64,000 bases of DNA from Eledone cirrhosa (lineage: Eukaryota): positions 55,490,001 through 55,554,000 of the forward strand of contig OZ024744.1 in the NCBI GenBank assembly GCA_964016885.1, read 5' to 3'. The translations under genes were made by a program, and so were the position numbers. Positions 31,512-49,700 of the stretch are shown here, one piece after another. The notes beneath the pieces are model-generated. The model was given only the letters and a program-made list of their open reading frames with translations. It ran no database searches and had not been told where the DNA came from. The stretch's first letter is position 1. The number at the start of each line of letters is the position of its first letter.

Positions 31512-31896
31512 GTATGTGTATGTATATGTATATATATATGTATGTATGTATGTATGTATATGTATATATATATATGTGTGTACGTATGTATGTATGTATG
31601 TGTATATATATATACGTATGTATGTATGTATGTGTATATACGTATGTATGTATATATATATATATTTATGTATGTATGTATATGTGTATGTATGTCTGTA
31701 TATATATATGTATGTATGTATGTATATATATATATATGTATGTATGTATGTATGTGTATATATATATATATGTATATATGTATGTATGTGTATATATATA
31801 TATATGTATATATGTATGTATGTGTATATATATATATATGTATATATGTATGTATATATATATATATATGTATGTGTGTATGTATGTGTATGTATA

Positions 31897-31927
<31 letters not shown>

Positions 31928-32196
31928 ATGTATATATGTATGTATGTGTGTGTATGTATGTATATATATATATGTATGTATATGTATATATATATGTATG
32001 TATATATGTGTATGTATGTATGTATATATATGTATATATGTGTATGTATATATATGTATATGTGTATGTATATATATATGTATGTGTGTGTGTGTATGTA
32101 TATGTGTGCGTATGTATGTATATATGTACGTATGTATGTGTGTATGTATATATATATATACGTATGTATGTATGTATGTATGTATATATATATATA

Positions 32197-32752
32197 CTGG
32201 TAACATGTATCCCAGTACAACCTGTCCCATGGTCGGGTCGTTGGCGACTAAACTGGCAACCCCACCAAGGTTTCTTGGTGAGGAGGGTGACTTTGGACAT
32301 CCTGCAGGACTAAAAACATGGTCAATGGCCATCCAAAATCACCGGGAGAGATGACCCCTTAGCCTTTGTCAAGGCAGAATTCTAGGAGAAGGAAAACTCT
32401 GATATAACACCTGCAACCCTGATGGTATCCAATGATGTTGACTTGTTCTTCTTTTTGGTAAATATCATCTTGGTTAAGAGAGTGGGACTGGCTTTGTGCA
32501 GTGCCTTTGCTCACTATAAAAGCTTCACGGCACAGGCATTGCTTTATATCTGGAGATCTCTCTGCACTTGTCGTCACGTGGTACCATGGGCCCAGCACTA
32601 TGTGTCAGTAATTGTCACAGGTGTAGTGTTTGTACCAGAGTTTTCAAGTCGCTGGCTGGACTAAAAAGTCACACTCGTTCAGCGCATCGGTAGGGGTTCT
32701 CCTACATGGATATAAAGTAGTGGCCGTACTCGAAAACGAGTTGGCAGCCACC
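32197..32752 (+). mobile_element. Bipartite non-autonomous RTE-derived element, copy 2
   Basis: Near-identical to 30582-31168 except for a ~30-bp indel and a few substitutions. Confidence 0.65.
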
Positions 32753-32959
32753 ATGTATATATATATGTATGTATATATATATGTATGTATATATATATGT
32801 ATGTATATATATATGTATATGTATATATGTATGTATATGTATATATATATGTATGTATATGTATATATATATGTATGTATATATATATATGTATATGTAT
32901 GTATATGTATATGTATATATATATGTATATGTATATATATGTATATGTATATATATATG

Positions 32960-32990
<31 letters not shown>

Positions 32991-33462
32991 GTATATGTAT
33001 ATATGTATATATATATATATGTATGTATATATATATGTATGTATATATATATGTATGTATATATATATGTATGTATATATATATGTATGTATATATATAT
33101 GTATGTATATATGTATGTATATATATATGTATGTATATATATATGTATGTATATATATATGTATATATATATGTATGTATATATATATGTATATATGTAT
33201 ATGTATATATGTATATATATATGTATATATATATATATGTGTATATATATATGTGTATATATATATATGTGTATATATATATGTGTATATATATATGTGT
33301 ATATATATATGTGTATATATATATATGTATATATATATGTGTATATATATATATATGTGTATATATATATGTGTATATATATGTGTATATATATATGTGT
33401 ATATATATATGTGTATATATATATATGTATATATATATGTGTATATATATATGTGTATATAT

Positions 33463-33500
<38 letters not shown>

Positions 33501-33631
33501 GTGTATATATATATGTGTATATATATATGTATATGTATATGTATATATATATGTATATATATATGTATATGTATATATATATGTATATATATATGTATAA
33601 ATATATATATATGTATAAATATATATATATG

Positions 33632-33662
<31 letters not shown>

Positions 33663-34157
33663 GTTATATATATATATGTATATATATATATATGTATATA
33701 TAATATATGTATATATATATATATGTATATGTATATGTATATGTATATATATATGTATATATATATGTATATGTATATGTATATATATATGTATATGTAT
33801 ATGTATATATATATGTATATATATATGTATATATATATGTATATATATATGTATTATATATATGTATATATATATGTATATATATATGTATATATATATG
33901 TATATATATATGTATATATATATATGTATATATATATGTATATATATATGTATATATATATGTATGTATATATATATGTATATATATATATATGTATATA
34001 TATGTAATATTATATAGTATATATATGTATATATATATATGTATATATATGTATATATATATGTATATATATGTATATATATATATGTATATATATATAT
34101 GTGAATATATATATATGTATATATATATATATGTATATATATGTATATATATATATG

Positions 34158-34188
<31 letters not shown>

Positions 34189-34199
34189 GTATATATATG

Positions 34200-34230
<31 letters not shown>

Positions 34231-34789
34231 GTATATATATATATATGTATATATATATATGTATATGTATATATATATGTATGTATATGTATATGTATGT
34301 ATATATATATATATATGTATGTATATGTATATATATGTATATATATATGTATGTATATTATATGTATGTATATATATATGTATGTATATATATATGTATG
34401 TATATGTATATATATGTATATATGTATGTATATATATATGTATGTATATGTATATATATGTATATATATATGTATATATATGTATGTATATGTATATATA
34501 TGTATATATATATGTTATATATATGTATATATATGTATGTATATGTATGTATATATGTATGTATATATATATGTATATATATGTATATATATGTATATAT
34601 ATGTATATATATATGTATATATATATGTATATATATTTATATGTATATATATATGTATATATATATGTATATATATTTATATGTATATATATATGTATAT
34701 ATATTTATATATATCTATATATGTATATATATTTATATATATATGTATATATATATGTATATATATTTATATATATTTATATATATATG

Positions 34790-34821
<32 letters not shown>

Positions 34822-34917
34822 TATGTATATACTATTTATATATATATGTATATATGTATATATATATATATATATATGTATGTATATATATATATGTATA
34901 TATATGTAATATATATG

Positions 34918-34952
<35 letters not shown>

Positions 34953-35309
34953 GTATATATAATATGTGTATATATATGTATCTATATATATATGTATATA
35001 TATATATATAGTGTATATATATATATATGTATAATATGTGTAATATATATATATATTGTATATATATATGTATATATATATATATGTGTATATAAATATA
35101 TAATATGTATTATATAATGTATATATATATATATGAGTATATATATATATATGTATATATATAGTATACCTATCTATATATAAATATATATTATATATGT
35201 ATATATATATGTATATATATATATGTGTATATATATATATATATGTATATATATATGTATATATATATATATGTGTATATATATATGTATATGTATATGT
35301 ATATATATG

Positions 35310-35466
<157 letters not shown>

Positions 35467-35629
35467 GTATATATATGTATATATATGTATATATATGTAT
35501 ATATATATGTATATATATATGTATATATATATGTATATATATGTATATATATGTATATATATGTATATATATGTATATATATGTATGTATATATATGTAT
35601 ATATATATATATATATGTGTATATATATG

Positions 35630-35672
<43 letters not shown>

Positions 35673-35801
35673 ATATGTATATATATATATGTATATGTAT
35701 ATATGTATATATATGTATATATCTGTATATATATGTATATGTATATATATGTATGTATATGTATATGTATATATATGTATATATATGTATATATATATAT
35801 G

Positions 35802-35832
<31 letters not shown>

Positions 35833-36214
35833 GTATATATATGTATATGCATATATATGTATATAATATATATATGTATATATATGTATATATATATATA
35901 TGTATATATGTATATATATATATATATGTATATATATGTATATGTATATATATGTATATGTATATATATGTATATGTATATATATGTATATGTATATATA
36001 TGTATATATATGTATATATATGTATATGTATATATATGTATATGTATATATATGTATATATATATGTATATGTATATATATGTATATGTATATATATGTA
36101 TATATGTATATGTATATGTATATATATGTATATATGTATATGTATATATATGTATATATATGTATATATATGTATATATATATGTATATATATGTATATG
36201 TATATATGTATATG

Positions 36215-36245
<31 letters not shown>

Positions 36246-36260
36246 GTATATATGTATATG

Positions 36261-36291
<31 letters not shown>

Positions 36292-36322
36292 GTATGTATA
36301 TGTATATGTATATATATGTATG

Positions 36323-36355
<33 letters not shown>

Positions 36356-36444
36356 GTATATATATGTATATATGTATATATATGTATATATATGTATATA
36401 TATATGTATATGTATATATATGTATATATATGTATATATATATG

Positions 36445-36521
<77 letters not shown>

Positions 36522-36530
36522 GTATATATG

Positions 36531-36565
<35 letters not shown>

Positions 36566-36594
36566 GTATATATATGTATATATGTATATATATG

Positions 36595-36625
<31 letters not shown>

Positions 36626-36794
36626 GTATATATATATATGTATATATATGTATATATATATGTGTATATATATGTATATATATGTATATATATATGTGTA
36701 TATATATGTATATATGTATGTATATGTATATGTATATATATGTATATATGTATATATATATGTATATATATGTATATGTATATATGTATATGTG

Positions 36795-36826
<32 letters not shown>

Positions 36827-37141
36827 TATGTATATGTATATATATGTATATATGTATATATATATGTATATATATGTATATATGTATATGTATATATGTA
36901 TATGTATATATATGTATATATATGTATATATATGTATATATGTATATGTATATATGTATATGTATATATATGTATATATATATGTATATATATGTATATG
37001 TATATATATATGTATATATATGTATATGTATATATATGTATATATATATATATGTATATATATGTATATGTATATATATGTATGTATATGTATATATATA
37101 TGTATATGTATATATATGTATATATATATGTATATATATGT

Positions 37142-37173
<32 letters not shown>

Positions 37174-37456
37174 GTATGTATGTATATATATATATGTATA
37201 TATATGTATATATATATATATATGTATGTATGTATATATATATATGTATATATATGTATATATATGTATATATATGTATATATATGTATATATATATGTA
37301 TATGTATATATATGTATATGTATATATATGTATATATGTATATGTATATATATGTATATGTATATATATGTATATATATGTATATATATATGTATATATA
37401 TGTATATATATATGTATATATATATGTATATATATGTATATGTATATATGTATATG

Positions 37457-37487
<31 letters not shown>

Positions 37488-37502
37488 GTATATATGTATA
37501 TG

Positions 37503-37533
<31 letters not shown>

Positions 37534-37582
37534 GTATGTATATGTATATATATATATGTATATATATATATGTATGTATATG

Positions 37583-37613
<31 letters not shown>

Positions 37614-37672
37614 GTATGTATATGTATATATATGTATATATATATGTATATATATATATATATGTATATATG

Positions 37673-37707
<35 letters not shown>

Positions 37708-37734
37708 GTATATATATGTATATGTATATATATG

Positions 37735-37785
<51 letters not shown>

Positions 37786-37854
37786 GTATATATATGTATA
37801 TGTATATATATGTATATATATATATATGTATATATATGTATATGTATATATATG

Positions 37855-37887
<33 letters not shown>

Positions 37888-39841
37888 GTATATATATATA
37901 TGTATATATATGTATATATATATGTGTATATATATGTATATATATGTATATATATATGTGTATATATATGTATATATATGTATATATATATGTGTATATA
38001 TATATATATGTATATATGTATGTATATGTATATGTATATATATGTATATATGTATATATATATGTATATATATGTATATATGTATATGTATATATGTATA
38101 TGTATATATATGTATATATATATGTATATATATGTATATATGTATATGTGTATATGTATATATATGTATATATATATATGTATATATATGTATATATATA
38201 TATATATGTATATATATGTATATGTATATATATATATGTATATATATGTATATATATATATATATGTATATATATGTATATGTATATATATGTATATATA
38301 TATATATATGTATATATATGTATATGTATATATATGTATATATATGTATATGTATATATATATGTATATGTATATATATGTATATATATATGTATATATA
38401 TGTATATATATGTATATGTATATATATATATGTATATATGTATATATATGTATATATATATATATATGTATATATATGTATATGTATATATATGTATATA
38501 TATGTATATGTATATATATATGTATATGTATATATATGTATATATATGTGTATATATATGTATATATATGTATATATATATATGTATGTATGTATGTATA
38601 TATATATATGTATATATATGTATATATATATATATATGTATGTATGTATATATATATATGTATATATATGTATATATATATATGTATGTATGTATATATA
38701 TATATGTATATATATGTATATATATGTATATGTATATGTATATATATGTATATATATATATATGTATATATATGTATATATATGTATATGTATGTATATG
38801 TATATGTATATATATGTATATGTATATATATGTATATATGTATATATATGTATATATATGTATATATATGTATATATGTATATATATGTATATATATATA
38901 TATGTATATATATGTATATATATATATATATGTATATATATATGTATATGTATATATATATGTATATATATATGTATATATATATGTATATGTATATATA
39001 TATGTATATATATATGTATATATATATGTATATATATGTATATATATATATATATGTATATATATATGTATATGTATATGTATATGTATATATATATGTA
39101 TATATGTATATATGTATATATATATATGTATATATGTATATATATATGTATATATGTATATATATATGTATATATGTATATATATATGTATATATGTATA
39201 TATATATGTATATATGTATATATATATGTATATATGTATATATATATGTATATATGTATATATGTATATATATATGTATATATATGTATGTATATATGTA
39301 TGTATGTATATATGTATATATGAATGTATATATGTATATATGTATATATATATGTATATATGTATATATATATGTATATATGTATATATATGTATGTATA
39401 TATGTATATATATATGTGTATATATGTATATATATATGTGTATATATGTATATATATATGTGTATATATGTATATATATATGTGTATATATATATATATA
39501 TGTGTATATATATATGTATATATGTATATATATATGTATATATGTATATATATGTATATATATATATATGTATATATATGTATATGTATATATATATATA
39601 TGTATATGTATTATATGTATATGTATATATATGTATATGTATATATATGTATATGTATATATATGTATATATATATATATGTATATATATGTATATGTAT
39701 ATATATGTATATATATATATATGTATATATATATGTATATATATGTATATGTATATATATGTATATATATATATATGTATATATATGTATATGTATATAT
39801 ATGTATATATATATATATGTATATATATATGTATATATATG

Positions 39842-39894
<53 letters not shown>

Positions 39895-40019
39895 GTATAT
39901 ATATGTATATGTATATATGTATATATGTATATATATGTATATGTATATATATGTATATATGTATATATATATGTATATATATGTATATGTATATATATAT
40001 GTATATATATATATGTATG

Positions 40020-40064
<45 letters not shown>

Positions 40065-40994
40065 GTATATATATATGTATATATATGTATATATATATGT
40101 ATATATATATGTATATATATATGTATATATATATGTATATATGTATATATATATATATGTATATATGTATATATATATATATATGTATATATGTATATAT
40201 ATGTATATATGTATATATATGTATATATATGTATATATGTATATATATGTATATATGTATATATATGTATATATATATATATATGTATATATGTATATAT
40301 ATGTATATATGTATATATATGTATATATGTATATATATGTATATATGTATATATATGTATATATATATATGTATATATGTATATATATATATGTATATAT
40401 ATGTATATATATATATATGTATATATATGTATATATATGTATATATATATATGTATATATATGTATATATATATATATGTATATATATGTATATATATAT
40501 GTGTATATATATATATATATGTATATATATGTGTATATATATATATATATGTATATATATGTATATATGTATATATATGTATATATATATATATATGTAT
40601 ATGTATATATGTATATGTATATATATGTATATATATATGTATATATATGTATATATTATATGTATATATATGTATATATATGTATATGTATATATATATG
40701 TATATGTATATATATGTATATGTATATGTATATATATGTATATATATATATATATGTATATATATGTATATATATATATATGTATATATATATATGTATG
40801 TATGTATGTATATATATATATGTATATATATGTATGTATGTATGTATATATATGTATATATATATATGTATATATATGTATATATATATATATGTATATA
40901 TATGTATATATATGTATATGTATATATATGTATGTATATATATGTATATATATGTATATGTATATATATGTATATATATATATGTATATATATG

Positions 40995-41027
<33 letters not shown>

Positions 41028-41595
41028 GTATGTATGTATATATATATATGTATGTATATGTATATATATGTATGTATATGTATATGTATGTATATGTATA
41101 TATATGTATGTATATGTATATGTATGTATATGTATATATATGTATGTATATGTATATATATGTATGTATATGAATATATATGTATATATATGTATGTATG
41201 TATATATATATATGTATGTATATGTATATATATGTATGTATATGTATATATATGTATGTATATGAATATATATGTATATATATGTATGTATATGAATATA
41301 TATGTATATATATGTATATATATGTATATATATGTATATATATGTATATGTATGTATATGTATATATATGTATGTATATGTATATATATGTATATGTATG
41401 TATATGTATATGTATATATATGTATATATATGTATATGTATGTATATGTATATGTATAATATATGTATATGTATGTATATGTATATGTATATATATGTAT
41501 ATGTATGTATATGTATATGTATATATATGTATGTATATGTATATGTATATATGTATATATGTATATATATGTATATATATGTATGTATATATATG

Positions 41596-41626
<31 letters not shown>

Positions 41627-41711
41627 GTATATATATATGTATATGTATATATATATGTATATATATATGTATATATATATGTATATATGTATATATGTAT
41701 GTATATATATG

Positions 41712-41742
<31 letters not shown>

Positions 41743-42599
41743 GTATATATATATGTATATGTATATATATGTATATATATATGTATATATATATGTATAT
41801 ATATATGTATATATGTATATATATATGTATATATGTATATATATATGTATATATGTATATATATATGTATATATGTATATATATATGTATATATGTATAT
41901 ATATATGTATATATGTATATATGTATGTATGTATATATGTATATATGAATGTATATATGTATATATGTATATATATATGTATATATGTATATATATATGT
42001 ATATATATGTATGTATATATGTATGTATATATGTATATATATATGTATATATGTATATATATATGTATATATGTATATATATATATGTATATATGTATAT
42101 ATATATGTATATATGTATATATATATGTGTATATATGTATATATATATGTGTATATATGTATATATATATGTGTATATATGTATATATATATGTGTATAT
42201 ATATATATATATATGTGTATATATGTATATATATATGTGTATATATATATATGTATATATATATGTGTATATATATATATGTATATATGTATGTGTATAT
42301 ATATATATATGTATATATGTATATATGTATGTGTATATATATATATGTATATATGTATATATATATGTATATATATATATGTATATATGTATATATATAT
42401 ATGTGTATATGTATAGTAATAATAATAAAATTGAAGACTAAAATCCAAAGATGTCTTCCGGTTGCAACGTTTTTTGAAATATACAGTTCTGCGTTTACAG
42501 ATTGACTTTGTTAGTTTCAGAAGATCTCGTTAAGGGTGAAAGCAGCGATTCTTTGCTTAAACTTTAATCTGTTATTTTAATAAATATATATGTGTATAT

Positions 42600-42631
<32 letters not shown>

Positions 42632-42654
42632 GTATATATGTATATGTATATATG

Positions 42655-42699
<45 letters not shown>

Positions 42700-44780
42700 G
42701 TATATATATGTATATATGTATGTACATGTATATATATATGTATGTACATGTATATGTATATATATATATGTATATATATGTATGTATATATGTATATGTA
42801 TGTATATATGTATATATATATATGTTTGTGTATGTATGTATGTATGTACATGTATATATCTGTTTGTGTATGTATGTATATATATATATATATATATTTG
42901 TGTATGTATGTATATGTGTATGTATATATATATATATATATATTTGTGTATGTATGTATGTATGTTTGTGTATGTATGTATGTATGTATGTATATATATA
43001 TATATATATATGTATGTGTATGTATATGTATGAATGTGTATTTCTGTATGTATATATATATGTGTATGTATATATGTATGTATGTGTGTATGTATATGTG
43101 TATATTATTATTATTGTTATGTGTATCTATATATATATGTGTATATACATATATGTATGTATGTGTGTATATATATGTATATTTTATTTTACTTTTTTTT
43201 CTCGTGCAACGGTTATACTCGATAACGAGGGGGCAGCCATCATGTATGTATATATGTATGTATATGTATGTATATTTCTGTGTGTATGTATATATATATG
43301 TGTATGTATGTATGTATATATTTGTGTGTGTGTATATATATATATATAATCTAGCTTCGACTAACTGGAATCCTCTCCCTCCGACATAGTCGTTCTAGCA
43401 TATTTGGACATCGACCCACTCAGTCGTCTTTCCCTTTTTAATCAGATTTTTATCTCTCATCGACGCATTTACATTAATAAATAAATATAATTGCATAAAC
43501 AACTCAAAATTGAATTGTAAACCACCCCCACATCGTTGTCTTCCTAAAACGGCCACGGCACGCTTCACTTCATAACTTACTTAAAGGTTATTATTTGATT
43601 TTTCTCTTTTCTCGTCATGTTTAAATTTTTTATTTGTTGAATCTGTCTATTGTTTTATTTTATACATTACTATTAAACTCTTTAGTAATTTATTATGTTG
43701 AAACGATCTTGATCGTATCACTGTTTATATTTCTTTCTGTCTCACATATATTTCGTTTTAACTAAATCTTGCTTCTTAATAATTGCTGTCATTGCATCTA
43801 AAACGGGACAAAGTAACGGAAAACACACACACTCACACACAACTAAATTTTCTTTTTTTATCCAATATAAATATATATATGATATGCCTCTATAATTGTA
43901 TAAGTATGTGTATATTTATGTTTGTAGATGTTCTTTTCAAATACTGTTGATTGACACTGTCATATATATGTAATATAATTACGCACACTTACATTATATA
44001 TATATATATATCGCCATGAGGATATATTTCTCATTGAATTCACATTCAAATTTGACGATCAAGGCTTGTACATTAAAAAATATATATAGAATCCGTATAC
44101 GTTTATGATCTTGATTTTTATCTACGTGTATCATTTTTGTAAAAACACCACACATTATTGTGAACAGAGTTTTCTTTCTTGTTGAAGCTGCCAAAGAATT
44201 TTCTATTGCGTTTGCAAAAATGATTGTGTCCGACTGCCAACCCCAGTAGAAATACCTATAATAATTGAAATAACAACCAAAACAATAATTTGGCCAGATC
44301 GTTGCTTTCATATTCATAAATTTATTTCACCTTATAGCAAAACGTCAGTCGATCGATCGATCTATCAAAATAACCAACAATTGTTCATTTTGGCTCTCTT
44401 TTATGATATATGTTTTTTTTTACTTCTGTTTATAGTCTCTTCTACGGAATGGAACAAAACCATTAAGAAACTAGGAATTAAAGAAAAGATATCGACCAAA
44501 AAAGTACAGACGAAACTGAATTTGGCCGACCTTGTCTTTAAAATTATATGTATATATAAATATATACACCATAACCTTTGTCGAAGTAAATTGGCTTGTC
44601 GAGTTGTCATCAATATATTCTTCTTGGCTCAACCGTTTTAATATAATAATTATATATACACTTTTAATAAGATTTCCTAATATATTTCCTTCCGAGAAAA
44701 GGAGGGTTATTTATATTGCGACCGAGCTCTCTTTCGTATCTTAATTTTGTTGGTTTGGATGTTGCAGTGTCACTGACAAC

Positions 44781-44797
44781 ATGGGGGCAGTATACAG
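44781..44797 (+). CDS. Candidate first coding exon segment of an unidentified host gene (MGAVY-R)
   Basis: caacATGG start and donor ACAG|GTGAGA at 44797/8, within a CpG-richer unique region; phase is compatible with the 50729 exon. Confidence 0.35.
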
Positions 44798-44966
44798 GTG
44801 AGAAGAAAAGTATTACCTATCTATCTTTGCATATATGTATGTACGAGTGTGTGTGTGTATGGTATGTGGTTTATTTGTTTAATTTAGCCTTGATTGTAAA
44901 AAAAAAAAAAAAAAGTAATGTCACAGTTTTTTGACAATCTACTGTCAGCCATTCGTTCGAAAAGCA

Positions 44967-45185
44967 TGGCAGGGTCGTTAGAGCGTCGGACAAAATGCCT
45001 TGTGGTGTTTGGTTACGGCTCTCTTACGTTCTGAGTTCGAGTCAACATTGCCTATAATTTTAATCCTTCCGAGGGTCGATGAAATAAAGTACCAGTCAAG
45101 TGTATTGCGGGTCGATTTAATCGACTTTCCGCTCCTCCCCCTCAAATTGCTGGCCCTTATGCCTTGCTTATGTTAGAAACTATCA
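44967..45185 (+). mobile_element. tRNA-derived SINE with Nin/Deu-like domain
   Basis: A-box-like tggcagggtcgttaga, B box gagttcgagtc, then atccttccgagggtcgatgaaataaagtaccag. Confidence 0.7.
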
Positions 45186-46650
45186 TCATATTTTCTAAAA
45201 TTGAAATTCCAGAAGTTAATTCAGTAAATTGTCAGCTGTGACTTTGTAATTCTGGCTCGAGATTGATTGTCAATCAATCAATCAGTCGAGATATCCTAGA
45301 TATGTAAACAGAAGTCAATTCGTGTTGTCATTATGGTGATGTCATTTTAAAGAAGAAAAAAAGGGGGGGGGGGTCAGCTTGATAGACAAGCAAACTGTTA
45401 GTCTTTCTCTGTGTGTCACTATTATTTTTTTAATCATTTGTGCCTAATTTAGAAGCCATTATTATTGTTTTTCTGTTTGTAGTGACAGCCTGTTTTTTTA
45501 TCGTCCTGTGTTCGCATTCTTTAGTTCGTACGCTATTTCCGTTCTATGCAATTATGCAAGTTTTCCTCCATTATTTTTTCAAAGATTTATTTTTATTTTT
45601 TTAAATTGTGTGGACCGTAAAATATTTTTCATTCATTCTATTCAATTGATCTCTTTCTTTGTGATCGATTATTTTTCTAACTTATTCTTTACAAAATATT
45701 TTGTCCACTCTTTACTGGTGCCAGCCACTGGGACAATTAAATATTTTACCAAATGCTAGCTGCAAAGGTGTTTCTTTATGTTTATAAACAGTCAACGTTG
45801 TTCATAAACAAATCTGTTCTGAGCATAAAACAAAATTAGTTTGGTTTGAGATGTAGAGAAAAAACATTTTGGTTTTCAATAATCTCTATACAAATAGATG
45901 AAGGCTAAAATTTCTTAATATTCCTTAAGATGAAATTGGCATTTGTCATTTAAGACGAGGATTTTAAAATTGAAATAGGTTATTCATAAATTAAAAACAA
46001 CGAAGATTAGTGTATTGTGTATCAATTGCAATGATTAACAGAATATATTGGAGCAGGTCTGGTACCAGATTACTTTGTGCCTTAGGCAAGGAAAACTACT
46101 TGCATTATCACATACACAGAATTGCCAAATTTGATTTAACAAAAAGAAAAGGTCATTTAGGTGGCTGGTTTTCAAAAGTAGGTCAGTTTTGTGTCCTATG
46201 TGGCTCCCTAACTGCCCTAATGGTAACGCTGACCCTATATAGTAGGAAGACCTTATATATGTTTCTTGATGTGAATTGAATGTGATAATAGTTCTGTATT
46301 AGTAATATATATATATATATATATATATTTTTATATTTATAAAGTTACGATATTGACACTGGCTTCTAAGAAGGAAATTCATTTAACGTAATTTGTTAGA
46401 AAAGTTAAAAAGAGGTTAAAGTCTGTCCGAAACTCAAGAGTAACCTCCAGCCGCTGCTGCTGTTGGTACTTATTTTCAGATGAACGAACTGGAGTAATGT
46501 GAAATAGAAAGAAAACAATGTCACCTAGTCAGAGAATTGAACCCACATTATGATATAAGCCAGGCCATGTACCTGTACAGAAGGAAAACTAAAATGATTC
46601 TTGAGGTAGATGTAAATATGTATGGGAATCAAACACGATAAAAGTACTGT

Positions 46651-46716
<66 letters not shown>

Positions 46717-49700
46717 ACACTATTGTTTCTAATAGTGTTGAAAGAAACTTCATTTAATGTCATCTGTTACAAATGTTGTGAATGTTTCATTGTAGGTGGT
46801 AAAGTCTAATTTACATTGCCATGGTTCACCTTGGTGTTAAGAGAAATAAGAACTAGAGCAATGGAGATAATTGGCAGATTTCTCTCCTTCATTCATTCAC
46901 TCAATGCTATATATATATCAGTATATCAGTCAGGTGCTAAGCACTGGATCTCAAGTCCTCCAGACATTGCGAAGATTAGCAATCTCACCACAACCTGCAT
47001 GCATGTACACTTGCACACAATTTTTACATGAATTAGAAGTATATAATTTGTAAATGTATACAATGTTTATGAAATTTATTGTTTATAGAACCTCAGTTAT
47101 ATAATTTAATAGATATATTGTAAAATATATATATCATCATTACTATTTAACATCTATTTTCCATGCTTTCATGGGTTAGGCAAGATGTCATGTTATGAGG
47201 TTAGAAAGGTCAGATGACCACATCTTGCTCATATGCTCTGTTTTGGGCTTCTGTTTCTATGGCTGGATGCCCTTCCTAACATCAACCTCTTTACAAAGTC
47301 AACAGAGGTACTAGCACATCCACTTTACAAGGTGGGCTTGGTGCTTTTTGTCAAGGTACTAGCAGGACCATTTTGCAAGATGGACTGGGTGTGTTTTATC
47401 ATGTCAACACACACATTTATATATACATATATACAGCAATAGATCAGTTACTAATCTAGAAATGTTCCTAGAAATGCTAGGCTATACAGGGTCATTATAT
47501 TATAGCATAATTAGAAATAGTAGCTTGAAAGGTCATTTTTAACATTGATACAAACCCAATTGATGATGATGATGATCGACATTACCAAAAAATTGAACAT
47601 TCTAAAAACTTAATGTGACCCCTCCAAATCATCCGCATTAAAATTTTGCATTCTCCCTTCATTGACTGGCTAGCTCAACAATGTTACTGATAAGTACTAG
47701 CATTGTTTTTACTTCATGAAGTCTTTAGATGCTTCTGACCAGAGTTTTTTTCCAAACTCTTGTGCAGTTGTCAGTAATTTTAATCCAGGCTCCTTTGATA
47801 TTATAGTCTTCATGATATGGTAGTTTTACCAAAGGTCCCTGATAGATTCTATATCTTGAATTATTTCTTTAAATTGTTTGAAAGAACAATGAAAATAGTA
47901 GGCTTTGACATTAGAAATGACACACTGTAGTAAGAAAAATGTGTTTGGAGCTTTGTAAACTACTTAGAAAAAAAAGGTCTAAAGGGTGTTGATATTCTAG
48001 GTGTGTGTTCTTTGCAATATCTTTTCACTGTTGGACAAAAGTATGAAAAAACCCAGTGTGAAAATTTCTATTGTCACCAGGCCTTTGTGTTTAATTTCCA
48101 AACCACACAGAGGTGCACTGTTCTCTCATTGGCTTTAGTGTTTCTGAATGATAAGCAAATATTGCCTTCACTTTTAAAGCTTTTGAAGCATTATCGATAA
48201 GTAGCTGTGTAAATGGTCTTTTCTGACCTTGAAACAAGAAGCACTTGCAGCTTCACTGCATATAAAGTTATGAAGTCAACTTTCTTTAAAACTAGTCTTT
48301 GCTTGCTGCGAATATTCTTGAATTATCTCCTTTGTATTGTGACTGAAGATGCTCATTGGCTTTTGTATTGTACTTCATCATCAACCCTTATCTCAAGCAT
48401 ACCTATTTTTCCACAAATTTACTACTTGGACAAATTACTGTCTTTACTGATAACAATGGTGTTCTCATGGCTTTTATATTGTCCACATTTTTCTAATTGT
48501 TGATATGGCTAAATTTAAACACCCACATATGTTTTGTTTGCCAACTCCCAATTACTTCAACATTTTTACATCCAGAGTGATGTTTTCCCCAATACCTTAG
48601 AAGAACTCAGCATTTGGAGTTTCAGGGTGGATAAATGTGTGAACAATTTAGGTACATGTGGGAGAATGTATGAGATTGAATCATAGTTTCTTACATATTA
48701 TCACACAATTGTTATAATAATTTAGTACTATCCCACTTAAAAAATTGTCTCCCAGAAAAAATATGATTAACTGAGGTATTATGCATGTGTTTAGGTATAT
48801 TTATAAGTTTGTAATTAAAAAAATACTTTTAATTTGTAGTTCACTATTTTTATTACAAAATTTAGAGACCATATTTCAAATTTCACCAGCTTTTAGTATC
48901 TACTGTTTTCTGTTAGTATGCAATTGTACTAATATGGCCAAATAGCCCTCACCCCCTCGACTTCATTGCAATATCAATTTATTGGATAAAACTGTTTCTG
49001 TCCCCCCCCCCCCCCCCCCGCACACATATATACAGAGGTATATTGATTACTCAATTGTAAATAGTGCTAACTGTTCATTATCTCCCTTCTATTTGTGTAG
49101 AAATTGCCAGGACAGGTTTAGTAGTTTAATGCAGCTATTTAGTGTTTTGGGGGATATTTGTATATAATTGTTGTTGGCAGGACAGAATTAGTATCACCAT
49201 ATTATTAGATCATATTTTCAGTTAGCTATTTTTCTCTCCTCTAACTTACCACCACTACTACTACCCAGTTACCCCCTCATGTTTTTCTTCCCTACCCTCA
49301 TGCTTTATTTTATTTATTTATTTCTGCTACATCAACTTAATTTATGTGCTTAATATGAACCAAATTCACCCATATTATTTAATAACTTTTTATTTAAATT
49401 GATTTATTTAAATTTGAAAAACTTTTTTTAAATTATCGCCGTATTGATTTGCTGTACCGTTGCTTGTCTATCGGTCTTGAAGTTTTAAATGTTGAGCTTA
49501 ATTAATTTAGTACTTTTACAGTATTTTTTTCCTGTTATTATAAATCATTTAATGCATTCTTATATATAGACATGTTAATTTCTTTATTTCATGATAAATT
49601 GAGGTATTTCAGATATTCTAAATTATATATGTATATGCAATACATACATATACATCAATATATATATGTATCATTTGTATCTCTAGGGAAGATGTGAAAT

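Noticed and set aside
42420-42585. Unique island inside the microsatellite as an exon or HHR
   Set aside because: No convincing splice pair; the minus-strand TTAACGA..GAAAC..GTC lacks a valid core and stems.
43994-44641. 107-aa, 86-aa and 70-aa ORFs in the unique region
   Set aside because: No recognisable motifs; composition typical of AT-rich non-coding DNA.
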